Assembly (NCBI GenBank): GCA_964291285.2
Contig: OZ219787.1
Location: 480,001-544,000, forward strand
Length of the DNA stretch: 64,000 bases
Direction: 5' to 3'
Source: Alphaproteobacteria bacterium
Lineage (GTDB): Bacteria; Pseudomonadota; Alphaproteobacteria; Bin95
Shown: piece by piece, positions 1-9,624 of the stretch
Layout of the letters: every line of letters starts with the position of its first letter
Position numbering within the stretch: the first letter of the stretch is position 1
The notes under the pieces: model-generated
The model's input: the letters and a program-made list of their open reading frames with translations, nothing else
Told to the model about the DNA's origin: nothing
Database searches by the model: none
Made by a program: the position numbers and the translations under genes

Positions 1-196
1 AGGGTTCAATGTCCTAGCCGCTCTGATTCGGCTTGCATGTTCGATCCGTTCTCAACGCGGGTTACTCGCCCGCATTGCTTATCCCGTTCCAAGCCGCAAC
101 GAAAGACAGTTGCATCTCCGAACCCGTAGCTCGCGACCGGCCGAACCGGTAGAGTCAGCCGCCGAATGGATCGCGAATACATACAGTAAGCTCTTC

Positions 197-1414
197 ATGG
201 CCCACATCACGATGCTCATCCAGAAGCTCAAGGGCGGCGGGGCGGAACGGAGCGTGTTCAGGACCGCCGGCGGGCTGGCGGAACGGGGGCACGACGTGGA
301 TATCGTGCTCTTCTCGCCGACGTTCGTTTACCCCGGGGAACTGCCCCGGTCGGCGCGGCCGGTCGTGCTGTGCGGCCGTTTCGGCTGGATGCGGCGCGCC
401 CGGAACGATGTCCCGCAGGGAACGCTGTGGCGGCCCGGGCTGGCGTCGCCTTTCCGCCTGGCAGGCTTCGCGGCCGGCCTGGTGCGCGAATTCGGCACCG
501 CCGCCCGGGTGCTGGTGCGCCCGGCTTCGCTCGGCCATGCGCTGCGCCTTGCCCGCTATTTCGAGCGCGAACGGCCGGACATCGTCTTCGCCAATCTGGC
601 GGCGGCGGAATATGCGGCATTCTTCGCCGCGCGCCTCGTGTCCTCCCCCCCGCCGATCGTCCCGATCCTGCGCGGCGCCGACAAGCCGGGCGCGAAATCG
701 ACCCGGCGCCGGCGGTTGCTGTTCCCGAGGGCCGCCCGCCTCGTGGCGGTGTCCCGCGGCGTGTCGGAGAACATCGCCGCCATTGTCGGGACACCGGAGG
801 CGGGAATCGCGACGATCCACAACCCGGCGTTCGCGCCGGAGATCGCCCGCCATGCCGAGGCCGCGCCGGACCATCCCTGGTTCCGGGACGGCGGCCCGCC
901 CGTCGTGCTGGGCGTCGGGCGCCTCACGCCGCAAAAGGACTTCCCGACCCTGGTGGAGGCGTTCCGGCTCGTGACCGCCGAGCATCCCTGCCGGCTGCTC
1001 ATCCTGGGCGAGGGTTTCGACCGCGCGGAACTGGAAAGCCGGGTCCGGGCGCTCGGCCTCGAGGACCGCGTGTCGCTGCCGGGATGGGCCGACAACCCCT
1101 GGGCTTTCATGGCCCGGGCGGCGCTGTTCGTGGTGTCGTCGCGGTACGAAGGCCTGAGCAATGCGCTGGTCGAAGCGCTGACCTGCGGCTGCCCCGCGGT
1201 CTCGACGGACTGCGCCGGGTCGCTGGAAATCCTGGGGGACCCCGGTCTGATCGCGCCGATGGGCGACCCGGAGAGGCTGGCGGAAGCGATGCTGCGGGCG
1301 CTCGCCCGCCCGGCCGACAAGGCCGCCCTGCGCGCCCGCGCCGCCCGGTTCTCCCTGGAAAGCGCGGTGGACGGATACGACAGGCTGATTGCCGAGGTGC
1401 TGGCCGAGGGGTAG
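197..1414 (+). CDS. Glycosyltransferase family 4 (GT-B) protein
   Basis: N-terminal GGGAER motif, GRLTPQKDF, and SSRYEGLSNALVEA (E-x7-E). Start moved to ATG 197 (MAHITMLIQKL). Confidence 0.9.
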   Translation: MAHITMLIQKLKGGGAERSVFRTAGGLAERGHDVDIVLFSPTFVYPGELPRSARPVVLCGRFGWMRRARNDVPQGTLWRPGLASPFRLAGFAAGLVREFGTAARVLVRPASLGHALRLARYFERERPDIVFANLAAAEYAAFFAARLVSSPPPIVPILRGADKPGAKSTRRRRLLFPRAARLVAVSRGVSENIAAIVGTPEAGIATIHNPAFAPEIARHAEAAPDHPWFRDGGPPVVLGVGRLTPQKDFPTLVEAFRLVTAEHPCRLLILGEGFDRAELESRVRALGLEDRVSLPGWADNPWAFMARAALFVVSSRYEGLSNALVEALTCGCPAVSTDCAGSLEILGDPGLIAPMGDPERLAEAMLRALARPADKAALRARAARFSLESAVDGYDRLIAEVLAEG

Positions 1415-1476
1415 GCGTATCCGATTCCTTCACACGCTCCTTCGCGGCGGTGTTGCGGCGGGAGCCGTTCCGCCGG

Positions 1477-1812
1477 TCATGCGGCGCGCCGGCCGGCGAC
1501 TGCCTCCCTTAGCCCGTCGAGGAGGCCTTCCAGATGCGCCATGCGCTCGCGCAACTGCCCGATCTGGGCGTTCGTTTCCTCGAACTGCGCGCGCACATCC
1601 TCGAACTGCTTCGCCGTCTGCGCGCGCACGTCCTCGAACTGCTTCGCCGTCTGCGCGCGCGCTTCCTCGAACTTCGCCGCCGTCTGCGTGCGGAACTCTC
1701 CAAGCTCGCCGCGCACCTCGCGGATGTCGGCGCGCAACCAGGCGAAGAGGCCGATATTTATGGCCGCCAGCGCGATTGCGGCCCCGGCGACGGTCCAGAT
1801 GCCGGCGGCCAT
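1477..1812 (-). CDS. Small membrane-anchored coiled-coil protein with 11-residue repeats (DUF1640/CCDC90-like architecture)
   Basis: N-terminal hydrophobic helix, three (A/T)QTA(K/A)(Q/K)FE(D/E)(V/A)R repeats, C-terminal LRERMAHLEG, and a GGAGGG RBS upstream. Confidence 0.75.
   Translation of the reverse strand: MAAGIWTVAGAAIALAAINIGLFAWLRADIREVRGELGEFRTQTAAKFEEARAQTAKQFEDVRAQTAKQFEDVRAQFEETNAQIGQLRERMAHLEGLLDGLREAVAGRRAA
1585..1692. repeat. 33-bp tandem repeat, about 3.3 copies, in frame within the coiled-coil gene
   Basis: Units start at 1585, 1618 and 1651 (CTGCGCGCGCAC(A/G)TCCTCGAACTGCTTCGCCGT; third unit diverged), with a partial unit at 1684. Confidence 0.9.
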
Positions 1813-1866
1813 GGAATGCCCTCCCTCCGGCGCGGCCCCTACGATGGCCCCGAAGGACGCGCCCGG

Positions 1867-3012
1867 TCAAGGCCCGCCGCCCCGCTCCGTCAGCAATTCC
1901 GCATAAACCGCAAGCGTCTTCGCGCACATCAGGTCCCGCGTGAAACGGGCGAGGACATGCGCGCGCGCGCCGGCTGCGAGGGCGGGGCCGGCGGCGGCGA
2001 GCGCGCTGCGGATACCTTCGGCGAGCGCGGCCGGGTCGCCCGGCGGGACCAGCCATCCGGTCTCCCCGTGGCGGACGATTTCGCGCGCGGCGCCGTGGTC
2101 GCCGGAGACGACCGGCAGGCCCATGGCGCCCGCCTCCGCCAGCACCCGCCCGAACGACTCCGGGCGGACGGACGCGGAAACGACGACATCGCTTGCCGCA
2201 TAGGCGGCCGCCACACCGTCGGTATGGCCGGCGAAGCGCACCTGAAGGCCGCGCGCCTCAGCTTCCAGTTCCCGCCGGTAGGCGTCCCGGTCCCGGTCGG
2301 AGCCGACGAACACGGCGACCAGCTTCGGGTCCGCGAGCAGCCGCATCGCCTCGATCAGCACGGCATGGCCCTTGAGCCGGGTGAGCCGCCCCGGCAGCAG
2401 CACGACCCGCGCCTCTTCCGGGACGGCCCACTCCGCGCGCAACACGGTCCTCTCGCGCGGCGGGACGGCGGCGGGATCGAACGCCGCCGGATCGATGCCC
2501 TGATGCACCACGCGCAGGCAGCCCGGCGGGCAGCCATAGCGTTCCTTCACATGCGCCGCGACAAAGTCGGAGACGGCGATCACGCGGTCGCCGCGGACCA
2601 TGATGCGGTTCCAGGCGCGCTTGGCGGCGCTGCGGGCGCCGTAGGCGCCGTGGACGGTCGTGACGAACGGCACGCCCGCGCGCCGGGCCGCCGCGCGGGC
2701 GCTCCACGCCGGCGCGCGCGAGTGGGCATGGACGAGACTCACGCCTTCCCGGGCGATCAGGGCTTCGAGCCGGCCCGCATTCCGCCAGAGCCCGACGGGG
2801 TTCTTGGTGTTGACGGGCAGGCACACATGGTCCGCGCCGAGGCCCGCGGCCAGCCGCCCGCCCGACGAGGCCACCAGCACCCGCGCGCCGGCGCCGCGCA
2901 AGGCGGCGGAAATGTCCAGCGTACCGAGTTCGGCGCCGCCCGCTTCGAGCGCCGGCAGCACCTGGAGCACGGTCCTGCCCTGCAACCCGGCCCCGGCCCG
3001 GGGCGATGTCAT
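1867..3012 (-). CDS. Glycosyltransferase family 4 protein
   Basis: VLQVLPALEAGGAE, HAHSRAPAW, GRLTRLKGH and PESFGRVLAEA motifs. Start ATG 3012 overlaps the upstream stop. Confidence 0.9.
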   Translation of the reverse strand: MTSPRAGAGLQGRTVLQVLPALEAGGAELGTLDISAALRGAGARVLVASSGGRLAAGLGADHVCLPVNTKNPVGLWRNAGRLEALIAREGVSLVHAHSRAPAWSARAAARRAGVPFVTTVHGAYGARSAAKRAWNRIMVRGDRVIAVSDFVAAHVKERYGCPPGCLRVVHQGIDPAAFDPAAVPPRERTVLRAEWAVPEEARVVLLPGRLTRLKGHAVLIEAMRLLADPKLVAVFVGSDRDRDAYRRELEAEARGLQVRFAGHTDGVAAAYAASDVVVSASVRPESFGRVLAEAGAMGLPVVSGDHGAAREIVRHGETGWLVPPGDPAALAEGIRSALAAAGPALAAGARAHVLARFTRDLMCAKTLAVYAELLTERGGGP

Positions 3013-3623
3013 GCTTCCACCATGCGCGAAAGCCGCCGGTCGAACTTGCGCAGCTGGCGGACGATCAGCCGGTCCTTGACGAAAGGATGCAGCGGCGCCA
3101 GCCACCGGTATTTGCGGTTCTCCCAGCCCTCGATGATCATCAGCGTCCAGCCGCCGCCCGAACGCACGGCCACGACATTGTAGGGAGCCGTGTCCGTGGT
3201 AAGCAGGCGCTCCTTCCGCAGCCACCGCTTCATCCCGTCGATCGCCCGGACCAGGGAAGGCGTCAGGCCGTGTTCCCGGATAACCTGGGACAGGTTGCGG
3301 GATATGCGGCCGTCGCGGTCCCGGTACAACTGCATGACGATGCCCCGGCCGAGATCGGTGTCGACGACGCCTGTGATCGTCGGGACGCGGTCGAACACCG
3401 AGTCCGTCCCGCGCGCCCTCAGCCGCTCGTAACCCTCAAGATCCCGCCTTTGCTGGCGAAGGCACTCTGCATCGGCGTGGGCCGGCACCTTGACGCACAG
3501 ATCGGGATCGTCGGGGTGGACGTAGCAATGCCGCTTGCTGCCCCTCGCGAACGGTTCGCACCCTGCCAGCGCGAGCGGGCGTGCGAGAAGCTTCGAAGGT
3601 CCGGAAATCTTGGACGGCGGCAT
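3009..3623 (-). CDS. YrbL-family (PhoP regulon, kinase-like) protein
   Basis: FARGSKRHCYVHPDDPDLCVKV, VDTDLGRGIV and IIEGWEN resemble the YrbL family. Start uncertain. Confidence 0.7.
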   Translation of the reverse strand: MPPSKISGPSKLLARPLALAGCEPFARGSKRHCYVHPDDPDLCVKVPAHADAECLRQQRRDLEGYERLRARGTDSVFDRVPTITGVVDTDLGRGIVMQLYRDRDGRISRNLSQVIREHGLTPSLVRAIDGMKRWLRKERLLTTDTAPYNVVAVRSGGGWTLMIIEGWENRKYRWLAPLHPFVKDRLIVRQLRKFDRRLSRMVEA

Positions 3624-4032
3624 GACCGGTCCCGGCTGGCTTATCCTTCGGAGTGTTAGCATTCCGCCCGCGTTCCCGGCAAACCCGGCGGCGCATCCGG
3701 GCGCCCGGCGGTCACGCCCAGGGTCTGGCTCGGCCTGCCGGTCTTCTTCCTCCGGAACTACCTGCTGCGCCGCCAGTGGCGGGAAGGCCGCTCCGGTTTC
3801 CTCTTCGCGCTGACCACCGCATGCAATCACTGGCTGCGCTACGCGATTCTGTATGTGCGCCAGCGCGCGACGCGAGGAGCGCGGCGATGAGTAATTGTCG
3901 ATTCTATTTCCTTGACGGCCGCGCCGTATGGACGCAGGCTTTCGCCTTCACGGTGCCAGAGCCTGTATCTACCGCGTTGTTAATGCGGTCGTTGAAGGCC
4001 CGCGCCGAAGCGAGGAGTGAGGAGGACTTTCG

Positions 4033-5139
4033 ATGACAGGGTTGAAACGAATTACGGTCTGGTGCCTGGCGCTGTTCGCTGGCGCGCTGATCGCAATGGC
4101 GCCGGCAAGGGATGCTTCGGCGCAGGAAATCAAGCTGCAATTCCAGACGGCGTTCCCGTCTTCGTTCTACACCCACAACAGCTTCCTGTATTTCGCAGAA
4201 CGCGTGAACGCGTTGTCGAACGGACGCGTCGAGATCATCGTCCAGCCGGGCGGCGCGATCGTGCCCTCGTTCGAGCTTCTGGACGCGACGGCCCGCAAGG
4301 TCCTGGACGGCGGATTCTCGGCATCGGCCTACTATGTCGGCAAGAACCGCGCCGCGGCGCTGTTCGGCCCGGCGCCGGGCGGCCCGTGGGGCTTCGACTG
4401 GATCGACTATTGGGGCTGGGTCTATGACGGCGGCGGCCTCGAACTGCACAACCGGCTCTTCACGGAAATCCTCGACCGCGATGTCGTCGTGTTCCCGATC
4501 TCGCCGGTGGGCAACCAGCCGCTCGGCTGGTTCAACCGCGAGGTAAAGAGCTGGGAGGACCTCGCCACGATCAAGTGCCGAGCCACGGGCATTACCGGCG
4601 AGGTGATGTCGAAGTCGGGCATGAAGACCGTCAACATGTCCGGCGGCGAAATCCTGCCCGCCGTCGAGCGCGGCATCATCGACTGCGCCGAGTGGGCGGG
4701 TCCGGCCGCCGACATCGACATGGGCTTCTACCAGATCCTGAAGCACTATTACCTGCCGTCCGCGCATGAGCCGGCGACGCTGATCGAACTCATCATCAAC
4801 GGTGAGGTGTGGCGCTCGCTGCCGAAGGACATCCAGGAGATCATGAAGTCGGTGAGCTGGGAGGCGACGCTCTGGCAGGTGATCCAGACGCACAGGCTCA
4901 ACGCCATTGCGATCAAGAAGCTGAAGGAAGCGGGCGTCCAGTTCCACAAGACCCCGGACAGCATCCTCGACGGCCAGATGAGGGCCTGGGAGGAGATCCG
5001 CGATCAGGCGATCAAGGAAAACCCCTTCTTCGCCGAGGTGATCGAATCCCAGCGCGTCTATGCCGAGGAGATCGTGCCTGCACGGCAGTTCTCGCAGGTC
5101 GATTACGACTGGCTGGCGGATTACTACTGGAAGAAGTAG
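4033..5139 (+). CDS. dctP: TRAP transporter substrate-binding protein (DctP, TakP-like)
   Basis: Signal peptide, GRVEIIVQPGGAIVP, PLGWFNREVKSWEDL and ERGIIDCAEW; GAGGAGG RBS. Confidence 0.9.
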   Translation: MTGLKRITVWCLALFAGALIAMAPARDASAQEIKLQFQTAFPSSFYTHNSFLYFAERVNALSNGRVEIIVQPGGAIVPSFELLDATARKVLDGGFSASAYYVGKNRAAALFGPAPGGPWGFDWIDYWGWVYDGGGLELHNRLFTEILDRDVVVFPISPVGNQPLGWFNREVKSWEDLATIKCRATGITGEVMSKSGMKTVNMSGGEILPAVERGIIDCAEWAGPAADIDMGFYQILKHYYLPSAHEPATLIELIINGEVWRSLPKDIQEIMKSVSWEATLWQVIQTHRLNAIAIKKLKEAGVQFHKTPDSILDGQMRAWEEIRDQAIKENPFFAEVIESQRVYAEEIVPARQFSQVDYDWLADYYWKK

Positions 5140-5157
5140 CGGCGACAGCCTGACGGG

Positions 5158-5196
5158 CCGCCTGCCTCCCGCTCCGTGCGGGAGGCAGGCGGTTTC
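5158..5196 (+). terminator. 15-bp perfect hairpin after dctP (terminator or mRNA stabiliser)
   Basis: CCGCCTGCCTCCCGC-TCCGT-GCGGGAGGCAGGCGG followed by TTTC. Confidence 0.6.
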
Positions 5197-5244
5197 GTCC
5201 GGTCCGGCCCGGACACGCAGGCGATCCCGTATGGAGGCAGGCGC

Positions 5245-6288
5245 ATGAAGGCCGTGGTGTTTCTCGGCGACCGCCAACTCGAACTCGCGGAGTTTCCCGA
5301 TCCCGTTCCCGGCCCCGGCGAGGCGGTGATCGAGATCAAGGCTTCGGGCATGTGCGGGAGCGACCTCAAGATGTACCGGGCCAAGGGCGGGGCCGCGGCG
5401 CTCGGCCTGGGCGGCCCGGGCGGGCCGGTGATCGCCGGGCACGAGCCCTGCGGTGTGGTGGCGGCAGTCGGCGAAGGCGTGCCGGAAGCGCTCGCCAGGG
5501 TGGGCGACCGCGTCATGGACCACCATTATGACGGCTGCGGCGTGTGCAAGCATTGCCGGCAGGGCTGGTCGCAGATGTGCCTCGAAGGCACAACCGTGTT
5601 CGGCGCAACGGGACACGGCGCGCATGCGGCCTACATGAAGGTGCCGGCGCACACGCTGGTGAAGCTGCCGGACGAGCTTTCCTACAAGACGGGCGCCGCG
5701 ATTTCCTGCGGCACCGGAACCGCCTACGGCGCGCTGAAGCGCCTCGCGCTGGCGGGCGATGATACCATCGCGATCTTCGGCCAGGGCCCGGTGGGCCTGA
5801 GCGCCACGCAACTCGCCAAGGCGATGGGCGCCCGCGTGATCGCGCTCGACATCGGCGAGGAGCGGCGCGACCTCGCGCGCGCTTTCGGCGCCGACGAGGT
5901 CGTCGATCCGCGCTCCAACGATGTCGTCCAGGCGATCCGCGACCTGACCGACGGCGAGGGCGCGCAGAAGTCGCTGGATTGCAGTTCCAGTTCGGAAGCG
6001 CGCCGCGATGCCGTGCGCTGCGTACGGAGCTGGGGCACGGCCTGCTTCGTCGGCGAAGGCGGCGATGTCACCATCGACGTATCGAACGACATGCTGCGCC
6101 GTCAGGTGACGGTTGTCGGCTCATGGACCTTCTCCAAGAACGGCCAGGCGGAATGCGCGCGCTTCGTCGCCGAGCGCGGGATCGATGTGGACGCGCTGTT
6201 CACGCATGAGTTCGCGCTCGACCAGGCCGTGGACGCCTACAAGCTTTTCGACACCCAGACGACCGGCAAGGGCGTATTCCTGATGTGA
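5245..6288 (+). CDS. Zinc-dependent alcohol dehydrogenase (MDR family)
   Basis: GMCGSD, GHE, structural Zn CxxCxxCx7C and GQGPVG motifs. Confidence 0.92.
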   Translation: MKAVVFLGDRQLELAEFPDPVPGPGEAVIEIKASGMCGSDLKMYRAKGGAAALGLGGPGGPVIAGHEPCGVVAAVGEGVPEALARVGDRVMDHHYDGCGVCKHCRQGWSQMCLEGTTVFGATGHGAHAAYMKVPAHTLVKLPDELSYKTGAAISCGTGTAYGALKRLALAGDDTIAIFGQGPVGLSATQLAKAMGARVIALDIGEERRDLARAFGADEVVDPRSNDVVQAIRDLTDGEGAQKSLDCSSSSEARRDAVRCVRSWGTACFVGEGGDVTIDVSNDMLRRQVTVVGSWTFSKNGQAECARFVAERGIDVDALFTHEFALDQAVDAYKLFDTQTTGKGVFLM

Positions 6289-6347
6289 CGGCCGGCGCCG
6301 GAGCAGACGGCGCGGGTTCCGCCAATTCGAGAGGGAACGAGGCTGCG

Positions 6348-6914
6348 ATGAACGAAACGATTGAAATGTGGATACGCCGCATCGTCGCATTCATCGACGG
6401 CGTGTCCGACTGGATCGGGGCCTGGATCCTCGCGTTCCTGGCGCTGCCGCTGCTGTATGTCGTCTGCCACGAGGTGATCGCGCGCTATGTGTTCAATGCG
6501 CCGACCAATTGGGCGTTCGAACTCACCTTCATGACCTACGGCGCCTTCTTCATGCTGGGCGCCGGCTATACCCTGCTCAAGGGCGGCCATGTCCGCACCG
6601 ACATCTTCTACAACAACTGGTCGTTCCGCACCCGCGGCATCATCGACACGACGCTCTACATCGTCGCCTTCTTCCCCGGCATGATCTTCTTCTTCATCGT
6701 CGGCTGGGAAGAAATGCTCCACGCCTACAACACCGCCGAACGGTCGGACATGACACCGTGGGGGCCGTCTATCGTGCCGTTCAAGGCGACGATACCGGCG
6801 TCGGCGGCGCTGCTGTTGTTCCAGGGCGTCTCGGAACTCTGCAAGAGCTTCTACGCCATGGTGGAAAACAAGCCGCTCCTTGAGGATGCTGAGCTGATAG
6901 GGAGCGAAGTATGA
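6348..6914 (+). CDS. dctQ: TRAP transporter small permease
   Basis: Four TM helices, EVIARYVFNAPT and GGHVRTD; overlaps dctM start. Confidence 0.9.
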   Translation: MNETIEMWIRRIVAFIDGVSDWIGAWILAFLALPLLYVVCHEVIARYVFNAPTNWAFELTFMTYGAFFMLGAGYTLLKGGHVRTDIFYNNWSFRTRGIIDTTLYIVAFFPGMIFFFIVGWEEMLHAYNTAERSDMTPWGPSIVPFKATIPASAALLLFQGVSELCKSFYAMVENKPLLEDAELIGSEV

Positions 6915-8230
6915 GCACTGACATTCTCGGCCTGGTCCTGCTCTGCTCGCTCATCGCAGGCATCTTCGTCGGCTTCCCTATCGCCTTCACGCTGATCATC
7001 CTGGCGACCGGTTTCGGCTATGCCGTCTTCGGCGATTCGGTCTTCTACCAGATGTACTTCCAGACCCTGGGCATCATGAAGGCAAGCGAACTCGCCGCGG
7101 CTCCGCTGTTCATCTTCATGGGCCACATTCTGGAACGCGCCGGGTTGATGGCGCGGCTCTTCCGATCGTTCCAATTCATATTGGCCCCGGTGCGGGGCTC
7201 GCTCTATCTGGGCGTGCTCGGCACCGCGACGCTCTTCGCCACGGCGACCGGCATCATCGGCGCGTCGATCACCGTGATGGGCATGATGGCGGCGCCGGCC
7301 ATGACCCGCGCCGGCTACGATCCGCGCATGTCTGCAGGCGTCATCGCCGCCGGCGGCTGCCTCGGCATTCTCATCCCGCCAAGCGTCATGCTGCTGGTCA
7401 TGGGCCCCATCATCGGCGTCTCGGTCATCGACCTGTTCGCCGCCGCGCTCATTCCGGGCCTGATCCTGGCCGGCCTCTATATCGGCTACGCGATGATCCG
7501 CTCCTTCCTGAACCCGGAGCTCGGGCCGCCGCTGCCGCCGGAAGACCGCGCGACTTCGATCGGCCAGATCTTCCGGGAATTCTTCTCGGGCATCGTGCCG
7601 CTGGCCGTCATCATGTTCTCGGCCCTGGGCAGCATCATCGTCGGCATCGCGACGCCGACAGAGGCCGCCGGCATGGGAGCGCTCGGCGCGACCCTGCTGA
7701 CGGTGGCCTATCGCCGGCTGACCTGGCGCATCCTGCTCGACGCCTGCCGCCACACGCTCACCACTACGAGCCTGGTGCTGTTCCTGGCCGTCGCCTCGAA
7801 CATCTACGGCGCGGTGTTCACCCGGCTCGGCACCGGCAACCTGCTGACCAACTTCATGCTCGGGCTGCCCGTGGACCCGCTGTTCCTGCTCGCCATCCTG
7901 ATGGTGGTCATCTTCATTCTCGGATGGCCGCTGGAATGGCCGGCGGTGGTGTTCATCTTCCTCCCGGTCTTCGTGCCGGTGGTGCAGAAGCTCAACTTCG
8001 ACCTGGTCTGGTTCAGCACGCTCGTGGCCGTCAACCTGCAGACGGCGTTCCTGTCGCCGCCCGTTGCGATGGCTGCATATTATTTGCGCGCCGTGGCGCC
8101 ACACTGGTCGCTGGGCGACATCTACCGCGGCATGGCGGCCTTCATGTGTCTGCAGGTGATCGGCCTGGCGATCGTGTTCTTCTTCCCGGGAACCGCGACC
8201 TGGCTGCCGAGCATCCTGTTCGACCGTTGA
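6911..8230 (+). CDS. dctM: TRAP transporter large permease
   Basis: GFPIAF, LGILIPPS, ATPTEAA and FLSPP motifs; about 12 TM helices. Confidence 0.93.
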   Translation: MSTDILGLVLLCSLIAGIFVGFPIAFTLIILATGFGYAVFGDSVFYQMYFQTLGIMKASELAAAPLFIFMGHILERAGLMARLFRSFQFILAPVRGSLYLGVLGTATLFATATGIIGASITVMGMMAAPAMTRAGYDPRMSAGVIAAGGCLGILIPPSVMLLVMGPIIGVSVIDLFAAALIPGLILAGLYIGYAMIRSFLNPELGPPLPPEDRATSIGQIFREFFSGIVPLAVIMFSALGSIIVGIATPTEAAGMGALGATLLTVAYRRLTWRILLDACRHTLTTTSLVLFLAVASNIYGAVFTRLGTGNLLTNFMLGLPVDPLFLLAILMVVIFILGWPLEWPAVVFIFLPVFVPVVQKLNFDLVWFSTLVAVNLQTAFLSPPVAMAAYYLRAVAPHWSLGDIYRGMAAFMCLQVIGLAIVFFFPGTATWLPSILFDR

Positions 8231-8335
8231 TCCGCTGACCTGACGACGCTTCGCCTCCGCCCTGCCCGGCTTGCGCCGGGGCGGGGCGGCGGCAATACTC
8301 GGCCGCGGACGATGAAGGAAGCGGGAAGAGCCCAT

Positions 8336-9610
8336 ATGAAACACCTGTGGTTCCACCTCATGCCCTATACCGAGTTGCCGGACGATTTCCGGGAGCATAA
8401 CCCCTCGGTCTGGGTCGATATCCATTCGCGCCTCTTCGACCCCGAGCGCGCGCACTACATGTACAACGACTTCATGGACGAGATGGAGTTCGCGGCGGAG
8501 GTGGGCTTCGACGCCGTGTGCTGCAACGAGCACCACTCCAACGGCTACGGGCTCATGCCCTCGCCCAACCTGATCGCGTCGGCGCTCGCGCGCCGCGCCA
8601 ACCCCGACACCGCGCTCTGCGTCATGGGCAACAGCCTCGCGCTCTACAACCCGCCGACCCGCGTCGCGGAAGAGTTCGCGATGATCGACTGCATATCGGG
8701 CGGGCGGCTGATCGCCGGCTTCCCGGTCGGCTCGCCGATGGACACCTGCTACGCCTACGGCCAGAACCCGAGCCTGCTGCGCGAGCGCTATCTTGAGGCC
8801 CACGATCTCGTGATGCGCGCCTGGACCGAGCCCGACACCTTCGCTTTCAACGGCCGCTTCAACCAGCAGCGCTATGTCAATATCTGGCCGCGGCCGGTGC
8901 AGAAGCCGCACCCGCCGGTCTGGATCCCGGGCGGCGGTTCGGTCGAGACCTGGCGATGGTGCGCCGAGATGGACTATGTGTACTGCTACCTCTCCTATTT
9001 CGGCTACAAGGCCGGCCTCCAGACCATGCAGGGCTTCTGGGAGGAGATGGAGCGGCTCGGCAAGGAGCCGAACCCCTACCGCGCCGGCTTCCTGCAATTC
9101 GTCGGCGTCGCCGAGACCGAGGCGGAAGCCTATGAGCTCTACCGGGAGCCGGCGGAATACTTCTACGGGCGCTGCCTGCATATCGACCCGCGCTTCGCCG
9201 CCCCGCCGGGCTACACTACCGAGGCGACGCAGCGCGCCGGCATCCAGAGCCAGGTCGCCAATGCCGCGCTGCAGAACCGCAAGGCGCTCCAGGTCTCCAA
9301 GTCCGCGCGCGAGTTCGACGCCATTCTGGACAATGGCTATGTCATCATCGGCACACCGGACCAGGTGGCCGAGAAGCTGCGCCAGGTGATCCACGATCTG
9401 CGCTTCGGGCAGCTCATGCTGCTGCTGCAATTCGGCAACATGGACAAGCAGCTGGCGAAGTACAACTCCCGCCTCTATGCCGAGCAGGTAATGCCGCAGT
9501 TACAGGATGTCTGGAGCGAATGGGAGAACCACTGGTGGCCGACGCCGATGGCCGCCGCGGACCGGGCCGCGCCCGACCCCATCGCCTATTCTTCGCTCGC
9601 CGCGGAATAG
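8336..9610 (+). CDS. LLM-class flavin-dependent oxidoreductase (luciferase-like monooxygenase)
   Basis: GFDAVCCNEHH, RVAEEFAMIDCISGGRL and PRPVQKPHPPVW. Confidence 0.92.
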   Translation: MKHLWFHLMPYTELPDDFREHNPSVWVDIHSRLFDPERAHYMYNDFMDEMEFAAEVGFDAVCCNEHHSNGYGLMPSPNLIASALARRANPDTALCVMGNSLALYNPPTRVAEEFAMIDCISGGRLIAGFPVGSPMDTCYAYGQNPSLLRERYLEAHDLVMRAWTEPDTFAFNGRFNQQRYVNIWPRPVQKPHPPVWIPGGGSVETWRWCAEMDYVYCYLSYFGYKAGLQTMQGFWEEMERLGKEPNPYRAGFLQFVGVAETEAEAYELYREPAEYFYGRCLHIDPRFAAPPGYTTEATQRAGIQSQVANAALQNRKALQVSKSAREFDAILDNGYVIIGTPDQVAEKLRQVIHDLRFGQLMLLLQFGNMDKQLAKYNSRLYAEQVMPQLQDVWSEWENHWWPTPMAAADRAAPDPIAYSSLAAE

Positions 9611-9624
9611 GGGCTGCTGAGGCA

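Noticed and set aside
1-196. Lower-GC stretch at the window start
   Set aside because: Too short and cut by the window edge to assign.
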